Below, in pieces: positions 23,521-64,000 of a stretch of 64,000 bases of DNA. Position 1 is the first letter of the stretch. The number at the start of each line of letters is the position of its first letter. The notes beneath the pieces are model-generated. The model worked only from the letters and a program-made list of their open reading frames with translations, did no database searches and had not been told where the DNA came from. The DNA comes from Camelus dromedarius (taxonomy: Eukaryota), in the NCBI RefSeq assembly GCF_036321535.1, contig NC_087440.1, positions 32,240,001 through 32,304,000 of the forward strand. Reading direction: 5' to 3'. The translations under genes were made by a program, and so were the position numbers.

Positions 23521-23915
23521 ACCCCCACCCCAAAACAAAGTCTTTGTTTCCTGGAGGTTAATGTGCCAGGTAATGCAGCCCACTGCTTGGGGCCAGTGGA
23601 AGAGTTCTTCACGCCCTTGACAGAGCTCCGGAGAGGGGTGGGGATGGGTGGGTACAAAGCGATCATGTTCTTGGGTTTGCCACAAGTTCATAAGGCAGGA
23701 CCTGATGCGGTCTAACGCGTCACACTGCAGTCCTGGTACCTCCCAGTCGCCCACCCCAGGTCACAGTCTAGAAAAAGCAGAAACAACCCACACTGGCTAG
23801 ATCTCTTCTGTCACACAGAAATTCACTTTAATAATTTACAAATGCACCTGAAAATGCCCTCCTGGTGTTCTTGCGGTTCTGTGCCTCAAATGAGGTTCAT
23901 TCACAGGATTGGACT

Positions 23916-25488
<1,573 letters not shown>

Positions 25489-26291
25489 TCACCAACTGAG
25501 ACCTAAAGTGACCCATCATAGCTTGTCACTCCTCACTCCACCTTTCTCCTTATCAGCCTCTCCACCAAAGTATAGAACCCAGAGCCCTCAGCAATATTCC
25601 AGCCATAAAAGAATGTAGTGCCTGCAAAGTCCTTGCGGCCTTTCTTGAACCAGGCTCAACTGCCCAGTAGGGTCACAATGGGAGAGAATTCACTCCCCTA
25701 GTTTCTACCATCCATGTCAGTAGTATGCTGATAGGTATGTAACAGCCAATTTGGGGAGAAGGACTGATCTGTACTGTTTGTTGACTTATATTTCTACCAT
25801 GGCCAATTTTAAGCTACCAACATGAAGTCACTTAATATGGGGTTGAGAAGAAAGGCCAACAGTTAGCTCTGGAGTCAGTCAGAGAGTAGGCTTTCTTAGA
25901 GTCTGATAACCCCTCTAGGGGCACATTTCCTTCCACAGTCCTACTCCTTCAGCCTGGTGTAACTGTGTGTGCCTGGGTCCATTTTGATTTCAGTCACATT
26001 TGTACAATGGAAGAAAGATTCCAGGGAGCCAGGAAATATTTTATTGACAACCAGGGACATAGCCATAAGAGAGGGAAGCACACAGGACTGCAAACTAAAA
26101 CCCAACAGCCAGCAAGGGCCCTTTGGGCTAGGAACACTGCATCCTGGGGTCCTCACAGTCTCCCACCAACAGACACACACGACTGGGCATCCAGGAGAGG
26201 GGGCAGTGGCTCTGGTGTCCCACAGAGTGCGAGGATATATGATGCCTCATTATGAGCGACAGGGTACGGAGGTAAAATGGAGGGGGGTCCA

Positions 26292-35076
<8,785 letters not shown>

Positions 35077-36070
35077 CTTCTTCCCAGTTTGGGGCTGCAC
35101 ACAGATAAATTGCTGCTTCTACCGCTGCGGTCGCCGATGCCGCTCCCCAGCACTCCGCCTATGAGTCACTTCTGCTTCCGGGTCACTGTCTGGCTCCACC
35201 TCCTTCCCCGCGCCCCTCTTCTTTTCTCTGGGTTCCCGAAAGGCGTTTCGTTTCGCTGACGTCGTAAAAAAAGGGGGAAAAAAAGGAGGAGGAGGAGGTC
35301 CGTTTAATTACAGCAGAGTTGATGCCTCTGCGATTCCGAGAGTCCCTAGCGAGCCGGGGCTAGTGGAACGAACTACTTCTCCCATCATGCCAGGGGGCAG
35401 CTCCGCGCATCCCACCCTGGGAGTTGTAGTCTCCTGCCCCTAGGATCCAATGGCATCCTCAGTGTGTGAACTCTGTTACCCAGAAGGCCTCGCAAGACCG
35501 CCACCGAAGCTGGAATTCCTCGGTTAATCGTTCTCTCCTGCAATTAGCGGAACCTGTTAGCGTGGCCCACAAGGCTCGGCGGGTCTCCGCGAGGCTAGCT
35601 GGTAAGTAAGAGGAGCTTCGGTCAACTGCCACCTGGACTACGGCGACAGGAAGTGAGTACCCCTATCCCGGAAGCTGGTTATGGGACCCCACCATTCCTT
35701 CCCGTTCTCAAATCTGCCTCTTACCCCCAAACTGCCCTTTGCAGGGGCGGGAAAACAAGAGTAATGGGGTAACGAATGCATCTTTTTAGGGTCACTCAGG
35801 ATCCCATCCCAATTCTTCTTCCCAACAAATAGTACCTAGGATGGAGACACCAAGAGTAACTGAAACTACGGGACGGGTCCGAGGTGACCGTTTTGAGAGA
35901 CGTGCCTCGGCCGATGAATGCCCCAATCTTCCGCAACTTAAGCAAGGGATGAGCCCTGCCGCCAGTCCAAACGTGGTATTAAGGCCAAAGGAGAGATTGA
36001 TTCAGCTACCCTTTCCTGGCTTTTTCTACTTTCCAGCCCTCAGATTCGTTGCTACCCCAAGGTCCCTGCC

Positions 36071-41567
<5,497 letters not shown>

Positions 41568-41924
41568 ACCCCAGCAGTTCTGCCCTCCCAGGGCGCCAGC
41601 ACCCCACCACAGGGCTGCCAAGTGGGCCCCTGCCCCATCCCGGCTTCTATGGCTATTACTCAGTCACTTCATATCCTCTCTCTCCCGAGGGCTCCGGCAA
41701 TAATTCTGTAATTCTGTCTGCACACGCAAAATGCCCAGGGCACTCCCTGGGGAGGAAGCAAGGAAGGCAGGCTGGGAAAAATGAAGTAAGGTAATCAAAT
41801 GGGAATCTGGGGACCCAGCATCCTGAAGATTATTAAAAGGAAAAGATGCTAATTCATACGTAATTGTTGTTTGGCCCTGGTCTGAAAGAGGTAGGCTTTT
41901 GGAATCATGTTTTGTTAATCAGAT

Positions 41925-41994
41925 TTTATTAAACAGGATCTTTGAATAGCTACCAAGCTCAGAAGTGTTTACATATTTAAAATACCTCAATAAA
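41925..41994. terminator. Convergent poly(A) signals for TINF2 and GMPR2
   Basis: TTTATT 41925-41930 (AATAAA on minus, TINF2). ATTAAA 41928-41933 and AATAAA 41989-41994 on plus (GMPR2). Confidence 0.7.
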
Positions 41995-42575
41995 GCGAGA
42001 TCCCAATGACTATAAAGAGATTCTGGAGTTTTTTGCTCAAGGCTTGCATCTGGCTGCTGCTCCATGGCAAGTGGAGGAGTTGGCATTGACCCAGTGGAGT
42101 CAAGGACAGTGAGGACTTTCCCCATGAAATATCTCCATCCTGTGCCACCACCTCCAGGTACCCTGGCAGCATGAGAATTCCCAAAGTGTATTCTGGCATC
42201 AGGACACACGTCATATTTTCAGAATAGCAAAAGGAAATTTCTCTTCCAGACTCTCAGTCCTGGTAACCCTTTTGGGCATGTCAGAACGACACTTTCGAAA
42301 GGAAGGAAATGGCAAAAAGATTCTTCCAGCCCTGGAGAGGCCGGTTCTGTTCCTAAGCAATGACCTACACTCACCTTACAGAAGCCTCTGGTCCCCTCCT
42401 TCACACCAGGACAGTGTTTTAACAAATCCAAGATTTAATTATCAAGCATTACAAAATAATTTTAGCAGTGTGGTCAGGCAGCCCAAGCCTGGGCTTCCAC
42501 TTGATTCCTCCTGAACTGCGTGCAGAGCTGAGGAGGAAGGAAGACAGGCAGAATGCCACGGGCGCTCCAGTCCTA

Positions 42576-45500
<2,925 letters not shown>

Positions 45501-46049
45501 GTTTCTTTTACAAAACAGGAGAGGGCGCTCGCCTTTAAAAAATTTAAAAAGTCTGGAAAGATACATCAGATTGTTAATCTGGTTTTCTCTGCATGGTGAT
45601 ACTGTGGGTAATTTTTTGTGCTCTTACGTGTTTATCTTTTAAAAAATCATGTAGTTCTTAAATGAATAAAAAGAGTTCCTTTTTCGAATTTCCGTTGACT
45701 GCTTACTCCAGTCAGCCTCCTAATGTAATTGACTGTTTCACTTGTCACCCTTCCCGGTGTCTCCCATTTCCATTGCCAAATACAGAACCTGACACACTGT
45801 ATATTTTCTGTTGATTGAATTATCTACTCTGACTACCTTACAGAGCTTTAGTGAAACTACCCTTTCCTTGGGCCATTCCTTTTCTTAGAGAGAATGGCTC
45901 CTGTCTCCACCCAAGATCCGCCTTCTGAGGTGATTCATACATTCAACTGCCCAGGGAACATCTAGTTGGAGGTCCCAAAGTACCCAAATCGGACATGGAT
46001 GGAAATCTAGTTATCTTCCCTTTTTATATTACCTTTATTTATTCTTTCC

Positions 46050-46410
46050 CTAAAGTTCTACCTTTACGTAGATCTGAGTTTCTGACCTATGTCATCCTTC
46101 TTTCTGAAGAATTTCTTTTCACATATCTTGCAAGTTATCTCTCCTGGTGACATATTCCCTCAATTTTTGTTTGTCTGAGAAAATACTACTCCTTTTGAAA
46201 GATAATTTTGCTGGATATAGAAGTCTAGGGTGGTAGACTTTTTTCCCTCAACACATCAAACATTTCACTGCACTTTCTTCTTGCATGGTTTCTGAAGAGA
46301 AATCCAGTAATTCTTATCCTTGCTCCTCTGTAGGTAAGATGTCCCCTCTCCCACCCCACTGCCCCCAGGCTCTGTTCAAGATTTTCTCTTGCTTTTTGAT
46401 TTTCTGTTAA
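46050..46410 (-). mobile_element. Old LINE-1 5'/ORF1-region fragment
   Basis: ttttgaaagataattttgctggatatagaagtctaggg...cttcttgcatggtttctgaagagaaatccag...ttcaagattttctctt, typical antisense L1M text. Confidence 0.6.
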
Positions 46411-47181
46411 TCTTTCTTAATTGTGAAGACAGAAATGAGAACTTTCAAGCTTCTTACATGCTAAACTGAAAATTGGAAGCTATTTTTCATTTTTAATTCT
46501 CTTTCTCCTGGGCTCTGTGTTTCTGTGCTTGGCACCTTTCTTCTGTGACCGTGAGTCAGAAACCCAGATCACTGCCGGTAACTGTCCTCCCGCCTTTCCA
46601 AATCTAATTCCTCACCAAGTCTAATCAATTCTACTTCCTATAGAACCTTCAAACCTACCCCCTTTTTATCATTCTCACTGCATCTATCCTATTTCAGTTT
46701 CCCTGTCTCTCACATTGAGAAAACTCTAGTTTCCCCACCTCCAGCCCAACTCTTAATTTCTTTTCCATATTGCCTTCATCATAAGCAAATATGAAATGCA
46801 AAACTGATCATATCATCCCTAACTGAAAGTTCCTTCTTACTTTCAAAAGAAAGCCCAAACTCCAAAATATGGCCGAAGGATTTCTAATGATCTGGCTAAG
46901 TTTACCTCTTCATCCACATTCCATGCCACTTTGCACTTACCATGCACCTCTGTGGCCATCCTCTTCAAACTCCTTGCATTTTCCAAATACACTGTGTTGT
47001 CTCATACTTCGTGCCTTGTGCATTCCTCGGTCCTTCTTGCCTCTTGGACTAGACTTTCTTTTATCTTTTGTGGCTCATCTAGTAACCACCTCCATGAAGC
47101 CCCTTATGGTTCTCTTCTCAGGCCCCATAGCATCCTGTCCATCTTTTTATTGACACCATTGTCAGGCAGAATGTATCTTGT

Positions 47182-47310
47182 TTTTTTTTTTTAATACTTT
47201 AAAAAGTTTTAATTTAATTTATTTCCCTTAACAGAGGCCCTGGGGATTGAACCCAGGACCTTGTGAATGCCAAGCACACACTCTACCACTGAGCTACACC
47301 ACCTACCCCC
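47182..47310 (-). mobile_element. tRNA-derived SINE (camelid Vic-1-like) with 14-bp target-site duplication
   Basis: Reverse complement GGGGTAGGTGGTGTAGCTCAGTGGTAGAG...GGTTCAATCCCCAG (A and B boxes) plus A-rich tail. TSD agaatgtatcttgt (47168-47181) / agaatatatcttgt (47311-47324). Confidence 0.85.
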
Positions 47311-48684
47311 AGAATATATCTTGTAATGTTGTTATTAGGATTAAATGAATTAGTAAATATAAAGCACTTGGAACAGTGCCTGGCTCCTAGTAAATACTAC
47401 GTATACATCTACTGTATTTTCAATGTGTACATGTCTGTCACTCGCACTGGGTGGAAGCCCCTGGAGGGAAGGGCTTACTTCTTTCTCATACGTATTATGC
47501 TACTGGTGCCTAATGCAGCTTCTGGTTCATGTGTTCATGGCTAACGTGAACAGCTCCTTTGTTAGTCCTCTGTGTCCTGCCCCAGGAGCCCTTGGAAGCC
47601 TTCTTCAGCTCAAAGTTTCAATAAGACTAGTGGTTGGAACTTAGAACATCATGCACTCCTGGCTACTCCTTATTGTTGCTTTTGTTTTGTTTTTCTTTTT
47701 TGAGGATTTCAAGCGTTTTTGAGCTCTGATACATACAGGGGACTGGGGCAGAATGAACAAGTGTGAAGCAAGTTACAAAGTTGTTAGAAATCTTAAGCTC
47801 TCACGTTGTCTCCTGGGAGTTCAATAAAAAGAGGTACTGTTGCGCTATTGCTCAGCCTTTCTGGAAACTAATTTAACAAAATGCATCAGCCACCTTAAAC
47901 ATGCTCAGTCCCCTTTACAGAATAATTCTCTCTCAGGGGGGTTATCGTAAGGAAATAATTTAAAATGAGCACAAAGATTTACATGCTTGTACAAGGATAT
48001 TTATCACAGCTCTATTTAGAGTAGCAAAACATTGGGAAGACATATTTCCGGGAGTGAGAGTTTAATCAAATAAATCATGTCATTTGTTCACTTTTATTAA
48101 AAATACAGTACAACAAACAGAGTTTGCTCCGTAAGTTCAAAGAACAATTATAAGTTACATCTTGTAATTGTTGCTTTTAAATTTGTAAGTAGCAAACAAT
48201 TCTTGGGCAGCTCGGTGCCGGGCCCTGTTCTAGGTCCTGGGTCACAGGTGTGAACAAGACAGATAAGGTCTCAGCTCTTATGGAGGTTATATTTTAGAGA
48301 AAATAGAGTTTAATTTAAAAAAAAAAACCACTCTGGTTTTAAACGATTAGCGCTAGATGGGATATGAAATAAAATAGGTTGATATGCTAAACAGACTGGA
48401 GGCAACAGAGTAATCAGACTGATGGACAGGGAAGAGCTCTGTCGGGAGGTGACATTTGAGCTGAGACCAGCCATTCCACCTGGGGGAAGAGTGCTCCTCC
48501 AGAAGGAAGAGCAGATACCAAGTCTTAGGTAGAAGGTTGGTGGGTTTGAGAAGCAGAAGGACTGTGGGGCCGAGGCAGCAGGGCCAGGGGCACGTGGTAG
48601 AGTGAGATTGGAGAGGGCTGCAGGGCCAGACAGATGAAGGTAGGACTTTGGATTGTTCCAAGGGTGATGGGAAAGCATTGGAAA

Positions 48685-49197
48685 TGTAGCCATAGCATAA
48701 GCTGCTCCATCTTGAGCAGCACAGATTTTAAAACTTACATGTATTTTCCTTCCCTGCTACCTCTGGCATGTCTTAGAACTATTTGGACAATGACTAACTG
48801 ACCAGGAGAGAATTAGTCTTGCTTGCTTAAGAATTCCAGGGACTCAACTTGAGGTAGGAGCAGATGGACCCTGGAGGAGAAGATTAACTGCGCATAAAGC
48901 AATCAATATGATGCTGATCAGACCACTGCATGACCATTTTTCGATATGATTATAGGAGCTGACTGTGCTGTTCTGCATGTAGCCCCTACCTGTACACCCG
49001 CGAAGCTTTCCTTCAAAACTTTTGTCCCCTAACTGGCAGCTTGGAGATGGCTTGGGGATATTAGTCCATCTTCCCAGGTTGTTGGCCTCCTGAGTAAAGC
49101 AGCCTTTCCTTCCCCACCAACACTTGTCTCTTGAGTATTGGCTTTTCAGGTGGTGAATGGCTGACTTTGGGTTCGGTTTTGGTCTCATCCGGTTACA
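48685..49197 (+). mobile_element. Solo LTR inserted into L2
   Basis: TGTAGC...GTTACA termini, about 510 bp, AGTAAA variant signal near 49093. The L2 text is split at the insertion point. Confidence 0.6.
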
Positions 49198-49977
49198 CAA
49201 GATTTTAAGCAGGAGAGTACCAGGATTTCATTTAGAGTTTAGAAAGCTCACTGGCTGTGTAAAAATTAGATTATTCAGTAATGAGAGTGGAAACACACCA
49301 GGAGGCTATGGCTGTTCTGCAGGGAGGGAGCACTGTGACAGTGTCAAGTGGAGAGGATGACAGATTCAGATATATTTCGGACGAAGAACTGATAACAATT
49401 GCTGATGGAGTGAATATTCGAGGGGAGGAAAAGGAGGAATCAAGGGTGACTTGTAGGTTTTTGGCTGGAACAACTGGGCCATTATAGTAACAATGAGATG
49501 GGAAAAACTCAGGAGGATGAATTTAGGGGTAGAATTCAGAGCTCTGTGGGGCTGCTTTCAGTCTGAGATAAAATATAGCCCTATTTTAATCCATTTCTAG
49601 GCTGCTCAATGATTTTTGGACAGCTTACTTAGCTCCTTTCCCCAGTTTCTGTATCTGTAGAGGGGGCATTACAGCACACTCTACCTTAGGAGGTTGTTTG
49701 AAGATGACAGGCATTATTATATATAAATAGATTAGTGCCAAATTCTTCCTCACTCAGAAAATATTTAGTAAGCATTTCTATGCACTAAATTGTGAACATA
49801 TACCAGAGACCAAAACAGACAAAATTCACTGCTCTTGTGGGGGAAGGGAGACACCATAAATCAATGTAGTGTTAAAATATTTAATATGTTGAATGTGGCT
49901 AAGTGTTATGGAGAAAAATGAAACAGGAAAAAGTGGTCATGAAGAGAGAAGTGGGCTGCAGTTTTAAATAGGATGGC

Positions 49978-50438
49978 CATACTACTCAGCCGCTAAAAAG
50001 AATGAAATAATGCTATTTGCAATAACATGGATGGGCCTAGAGATTATCATACTAAGTGAAGTCAGTCAGGCAGAGAAAGACAATTATCATATGACATCAC
50101 TAATATGTGGAATCTAAAAAAAAATGATACAAGTGAATTTTTTTTACAAAACAGAAAGACTCACAGACATAGAAAACAAACTTACGGTGACCAAAGGGGA
50201 AAGACGGAGGAGGGATAAATTAGGAGCTTGGGGTTAGCAGATACACACCACTATATGTAAAACAGATAAACAACAAGGTCTTACTGTATAGCACAGGGAG
50301 CTACATTCAATATCTTGTTAAAATCTATTACGAAAAAGAATATGAAAAAGAATATATTTTATATGTATGACTGAATCACTGTGCTGTACACCAGAAATTA
50401 ACACAACATTGTAAATCAACTAGACTTCAATAAAATAA
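49978..50438 (+). mobile_element. 5'-truncated LINE-1 3' end (artiodactyl-type)
   Basis: tactactcagccgctaaaaagaatgaaataatg...cactaatatgtggaatctaaaa...gctgtacaccagaaattaacacaacattgtaaatcaac...aataaaataa. Confidence 0.85.
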
Positions 50439-50596
50439 CACGGCTGGAAAAGGTCCCATTAAGACAGTGATATTCGAGGATAAATCTCAAAGGAGGGGAG
50501 AGTGCCAACCATGTGGCTATCAGAAGAAGGGGGAGCCAGGCAGGGAAAATGGCAAGTCCAAAGGCCCTGAGGTGGAGGCTTCAAGAAACAAGAAGA

Positions 50597-50732
50597 GGGG
50601 GGAGGGTATAGCTCAGTGGTAGAGTGCATGCTTAGCATGTGTGAAGTCCTGTTTCAATCCCCAGTACCTCCATAAAGAAATAAATAAACAAGAAAACCTA
50701 ACTATCTCCCCCCTGAAGCAAACAAAGTGCAA
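50597..50732 (+). mobile_element. tRNA-derived SINE (camelid Vic-1-like) with perfect 14-bp TSD
   Basis: GGGGGGAGGGTATAGCTCAGTGGTAGAGTGCATGCTTAGCATG...TTTCAATCCCCAGTACCTCC plus tail aaacctaactatctcccccc. TSD aagaaacaagaaga at 50583-50596 and 50733-50746. Confidence 0.88.
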
Positions 50733-52591
50733 AAGAAACAAGAAGAAAGGTGAAGCAGCAGTGGCTGTTTTTCTGCGAGAGGAGAGGAGCCGCTGGGAGG
50801 AGGGTAGGGGGTGGTGAGCAGATTGGTGACATGATCTGACTGACATTTAAAAACATTCCTCTGGCTGCCAAGTTGAGAATAGACAGGGCAGGGAGGCTAG
50901 TGAGGAGACTGGGGCTTCAATCCAAGTGGGGGAGGATGGTACCTTGGACTAGGATGGGGCAGTACTGGTAGAGAAGATTTGATAATAAATGGTACATGGA
51001 ATTCAATATACAGAATGTTAGATGGTAACACGTGCTAAGGAGAAAAATAATGAATAAGGGGGCATAGGAAACATGGAAGGTGTTGCAATTTTAAAATGGG
51101 ATGGTAGAGAAGCCTAAAGGTGATGGCACTTAAGCTAAGACTTGAAGGAGCTAAGGGAGCCGCATGGGGAAAAACTCCTCAGGCGAGGGCAGCCTTGCAG
51201 AGATGCTGGAGCAGGAGTGTGCCTGGCACTGTCCAGCTAGGAAGGGGCCAGTGAGCTTGTAAGGATTTTGACTTAGGAGGAAGCCAGTGGCAAGTTTGGA
51301 GCAGAGGGCTGACACGATCTGGTCCACCTGCTCATCTGACTCACATGTGAAGAACAGGGTATCAAAGGGCAAGAGCGGAAGTGGCGAAATGACTAGGAAG
51401 TGGGTGCCACGGTCCAGCTGAGAAATGAAGGCAGCTCTGGCAGCCTGGCAGCCCTAGGGGTGATAAGGAGTGGTCAGACTCTGGACACGGAGGAATGGGA
51501 GACAGAACCATCGAGATTTGCTGACAGATTGCACGTGGGATGTGAGAGAAAGAAAGAAGTCAAGGATGACTCCAGGAGTTTGGAAAGAAACTGAAAAGAT
51601 GGAATTGCCATTTACTGATGTAAAGGAGGCTGCAGGAGGAGGTGCCGGCGGGAGGACAGTGTGACTTGCACGTGCTACACCTTGGGTGTCTAGGAGACAT
51701 CCCACAGAGATATTAAGAAGGCAGTAAAGATACAACTTTGAGGTTCAAGAAAAACCTACAATTTTGGGAATGAAGGATCCTTAAAACCACAAGACTGGCA
51801 GAGCTCACCTGGGCAGGGTATAGCTGGATAAAAGAGCGCTTGGGGCGAAGGCCTGAGTCACCCCGACACCCCCAGGTTGAGCAGAGGCAGAGGCACCAGC
51901 CCTGGAGACTGAGAAGGGCAGAGATGCAGGAGGACCAGGAGGGCGGCCGGGAAACCAAGTCTATCATCCAGACTCTAAACATGATGTTTTCAAGGAATGG
52001 TCAGTGCTGTAGGAAAATGCTCACCATGGGTTACATGGGGGAGAAAAGCAGCATGTGAAACACAACGGTAACAGTTACTTTCCGCACCTGGTGGTCATTG
52101 AGCATTATTGTTATTCTCATCTTTACAATTTTCTGTATTTTCTTAATTCTCAACACTGAACAGGTATGACTTTTGTAAAAATCCCCAGGCAAGGATATTT
52201 GAAGATAAATACCAGAAAGTGGCTTTTGCTGCTCAGAGAGAACTCCAGCCTATTTCTACCTCAAACATGTGTCACAGGGGAATTTGGGTCCTTCCCTCCC
52301 ACAGGGGGTGCCATGGAGGGGGCAGTCTCACTCAACCCCCGGGGACTTCAAAAGGGCTTTGGTCAGTAGAAGCACCCTGGGGTCAGGGAAGACTGGTCCG
52401 GTGAGCCCTGGAGGCCATCCTGACACCCCATCTCAAGAGCTGCTGAGCGGTACCATCACTGACCTGCCAGCCACACTTCTCACAACCAGTGGCACCAGAA
52501 GTGCCACATGCATCCCCAAGACAGGCCGTGGGGCCACACCCCTTGGCCTGGCATATGACAGACGGACAGAACAGCAGCTTCATTAAAAAAG

Positions 52592-52597
52592 TTTATT
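52592..52597 (-). terminator. Poly(A) signal AATAAA, TGM1
   Basis: TTTATT on +, about 145 nt past the TGM1 stop. Confidence 0.75.
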
Positions 52598-52740
52598 TGC
52601 ATCTGTGCAAGAGAGGTCAGCTCCCCCTCTAGGTGAGGTCCTCCCTCCTGAGCCCCCGGGAAGCAGCTCTGCTGCGGTCCCCTGTCTTGAGGCAGTGTCC
52701 TTGCTCGTCTGACTCCAGTCCCATTGCTCCTGGCCCAGGG

Positions 52741-63302
<10,562 letters not shown>

Positions 63303-64000
63303 CTGGAGCGGGGAAAGCACTGATTAGCTGGTGAGGCCTCTCCGAGGACAGGGAATGGAGACTTGGACTTCTCCCAACCCCACCCAGGATGTGTACGAGC
63401 CAGTGCGTGTAGTGTCCCTGAGTTGGGCCATCGCCTGGGCCAATCTCTGAGAGCAGCTGTCCCCACCCGATGCTTGCCCACATGTCAGGGCAGAGCTCCA
63501 GCCCAACATCCCAAACCTGTTCCCCTGACACTGAACTCAGAGGTGGGTAGAAGAGACCAGGTCACCGTCACCCTCTGCCTGCCTGTCCCAGCACCTGGGC
63601 TGGAGGAGCAGAGCCACCCTGGCTCAGTCCAGTTGCCCCTGGAAAGGGCAGTTCACATCCTGAAAGCCCACCCTGCCTGTTCCCTGGGGCAGTAGCTTCT
63701 AGAGCCCTGGGCATCCCTGCTGGAGGTGGTGGGGGTACCTGGGAAATTAGAGGCTGGGTGGGCAAGGCTAGGCCCTAATAAAAGGGTAAGAGGAGTCGCC
63801 CGCCCCCGGCAGCAGCATAATCACCAGCCTAGGTAGTCAATGGCCACCGAGCAATGCAGTGAGGGACGCACCTGCCCTGGGCCATGGGGACAGAGAGAGG
63901 GAGACAGAGTTGGACAGAGAGTAGAGCCACTCCCTGGGGAAGGAGGGCAGACCCAGAAAGGAGAAAGACACGCAGAGGCAGCAACACCCAAGGAGATGCT

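Larger units (their letters stand above)
48150..51790 (+). mobile_element. Fragmented L2 LINE(s) interrupted by a younger LTR, an L1 and a SINE
   Basis: L2-like text (gaggtgacatttgagctgagacc, attggaaa...attttaagcagg, gatttgctgacagattgcacgtggga...agtcaaggatgactcc) continues across the inserts. Confidence 0.6.

Noticed and set aside
35244-35256. GTTTCGTTTC as an interferon-stimulated response element
   Set aside because: GAAA repeats are spaced by one base rather than the two of the IRF consensus.
47230-47310. tRNA-like A-box/B-box sequence (also at 50597-50670)
   Set aside because: It has an A-rich tail and a target-site duplication, with no intact acceptor stem. These are SINE heads, not tRNA genes.
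52082-52315. CTCF-like strings (CCACCAGGTGCGG on minus; CCCACAGGGGGTGCC on plus) downstream of TGM1
   Set aside because: Both have mismatches in core positions and cannot be called without a PWM score or ChIP data.

Overview
Mammalian genomic window from a gene-dense locus syntenic to human 14q12. Two tRNA-derived SINEs resemble the camelid Vic-1 family, so the species is probably a camel or alpaca. Genes left to right: REC8 3' end (+), IPO4 (-), TM9SF1 (-, partly hidden by two N gaps), TSSK4 (+), CHMP4A (-), MDP1 (-), NEDD8 (-), GMPR2 (+), TINF2 (-), and TGM1 exons 4-15 (-). I traced the exons by hand: all visible splice sites are GT-AG and all frames are intact. There is no CRISPR array or true tRNA/rRNA gene. 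Three patterns stand out. (1) A tight same-strand train NEDD8>MDP1>CHMP4A>TM9SF1>IPO4 whose exon phases allow in-frame read-through chimeras, up to a ~957-aa four-gene ORF. (2) Back-to-back poly(A) hexamers on both strands at four gene ends. (3) Several intron-retention or alternative-acceptor isoforms and motif-level regulatory candidates, including an RFX X-box and a p63/p53-type element. Comparisons to human isoforms are from memory and need checking.
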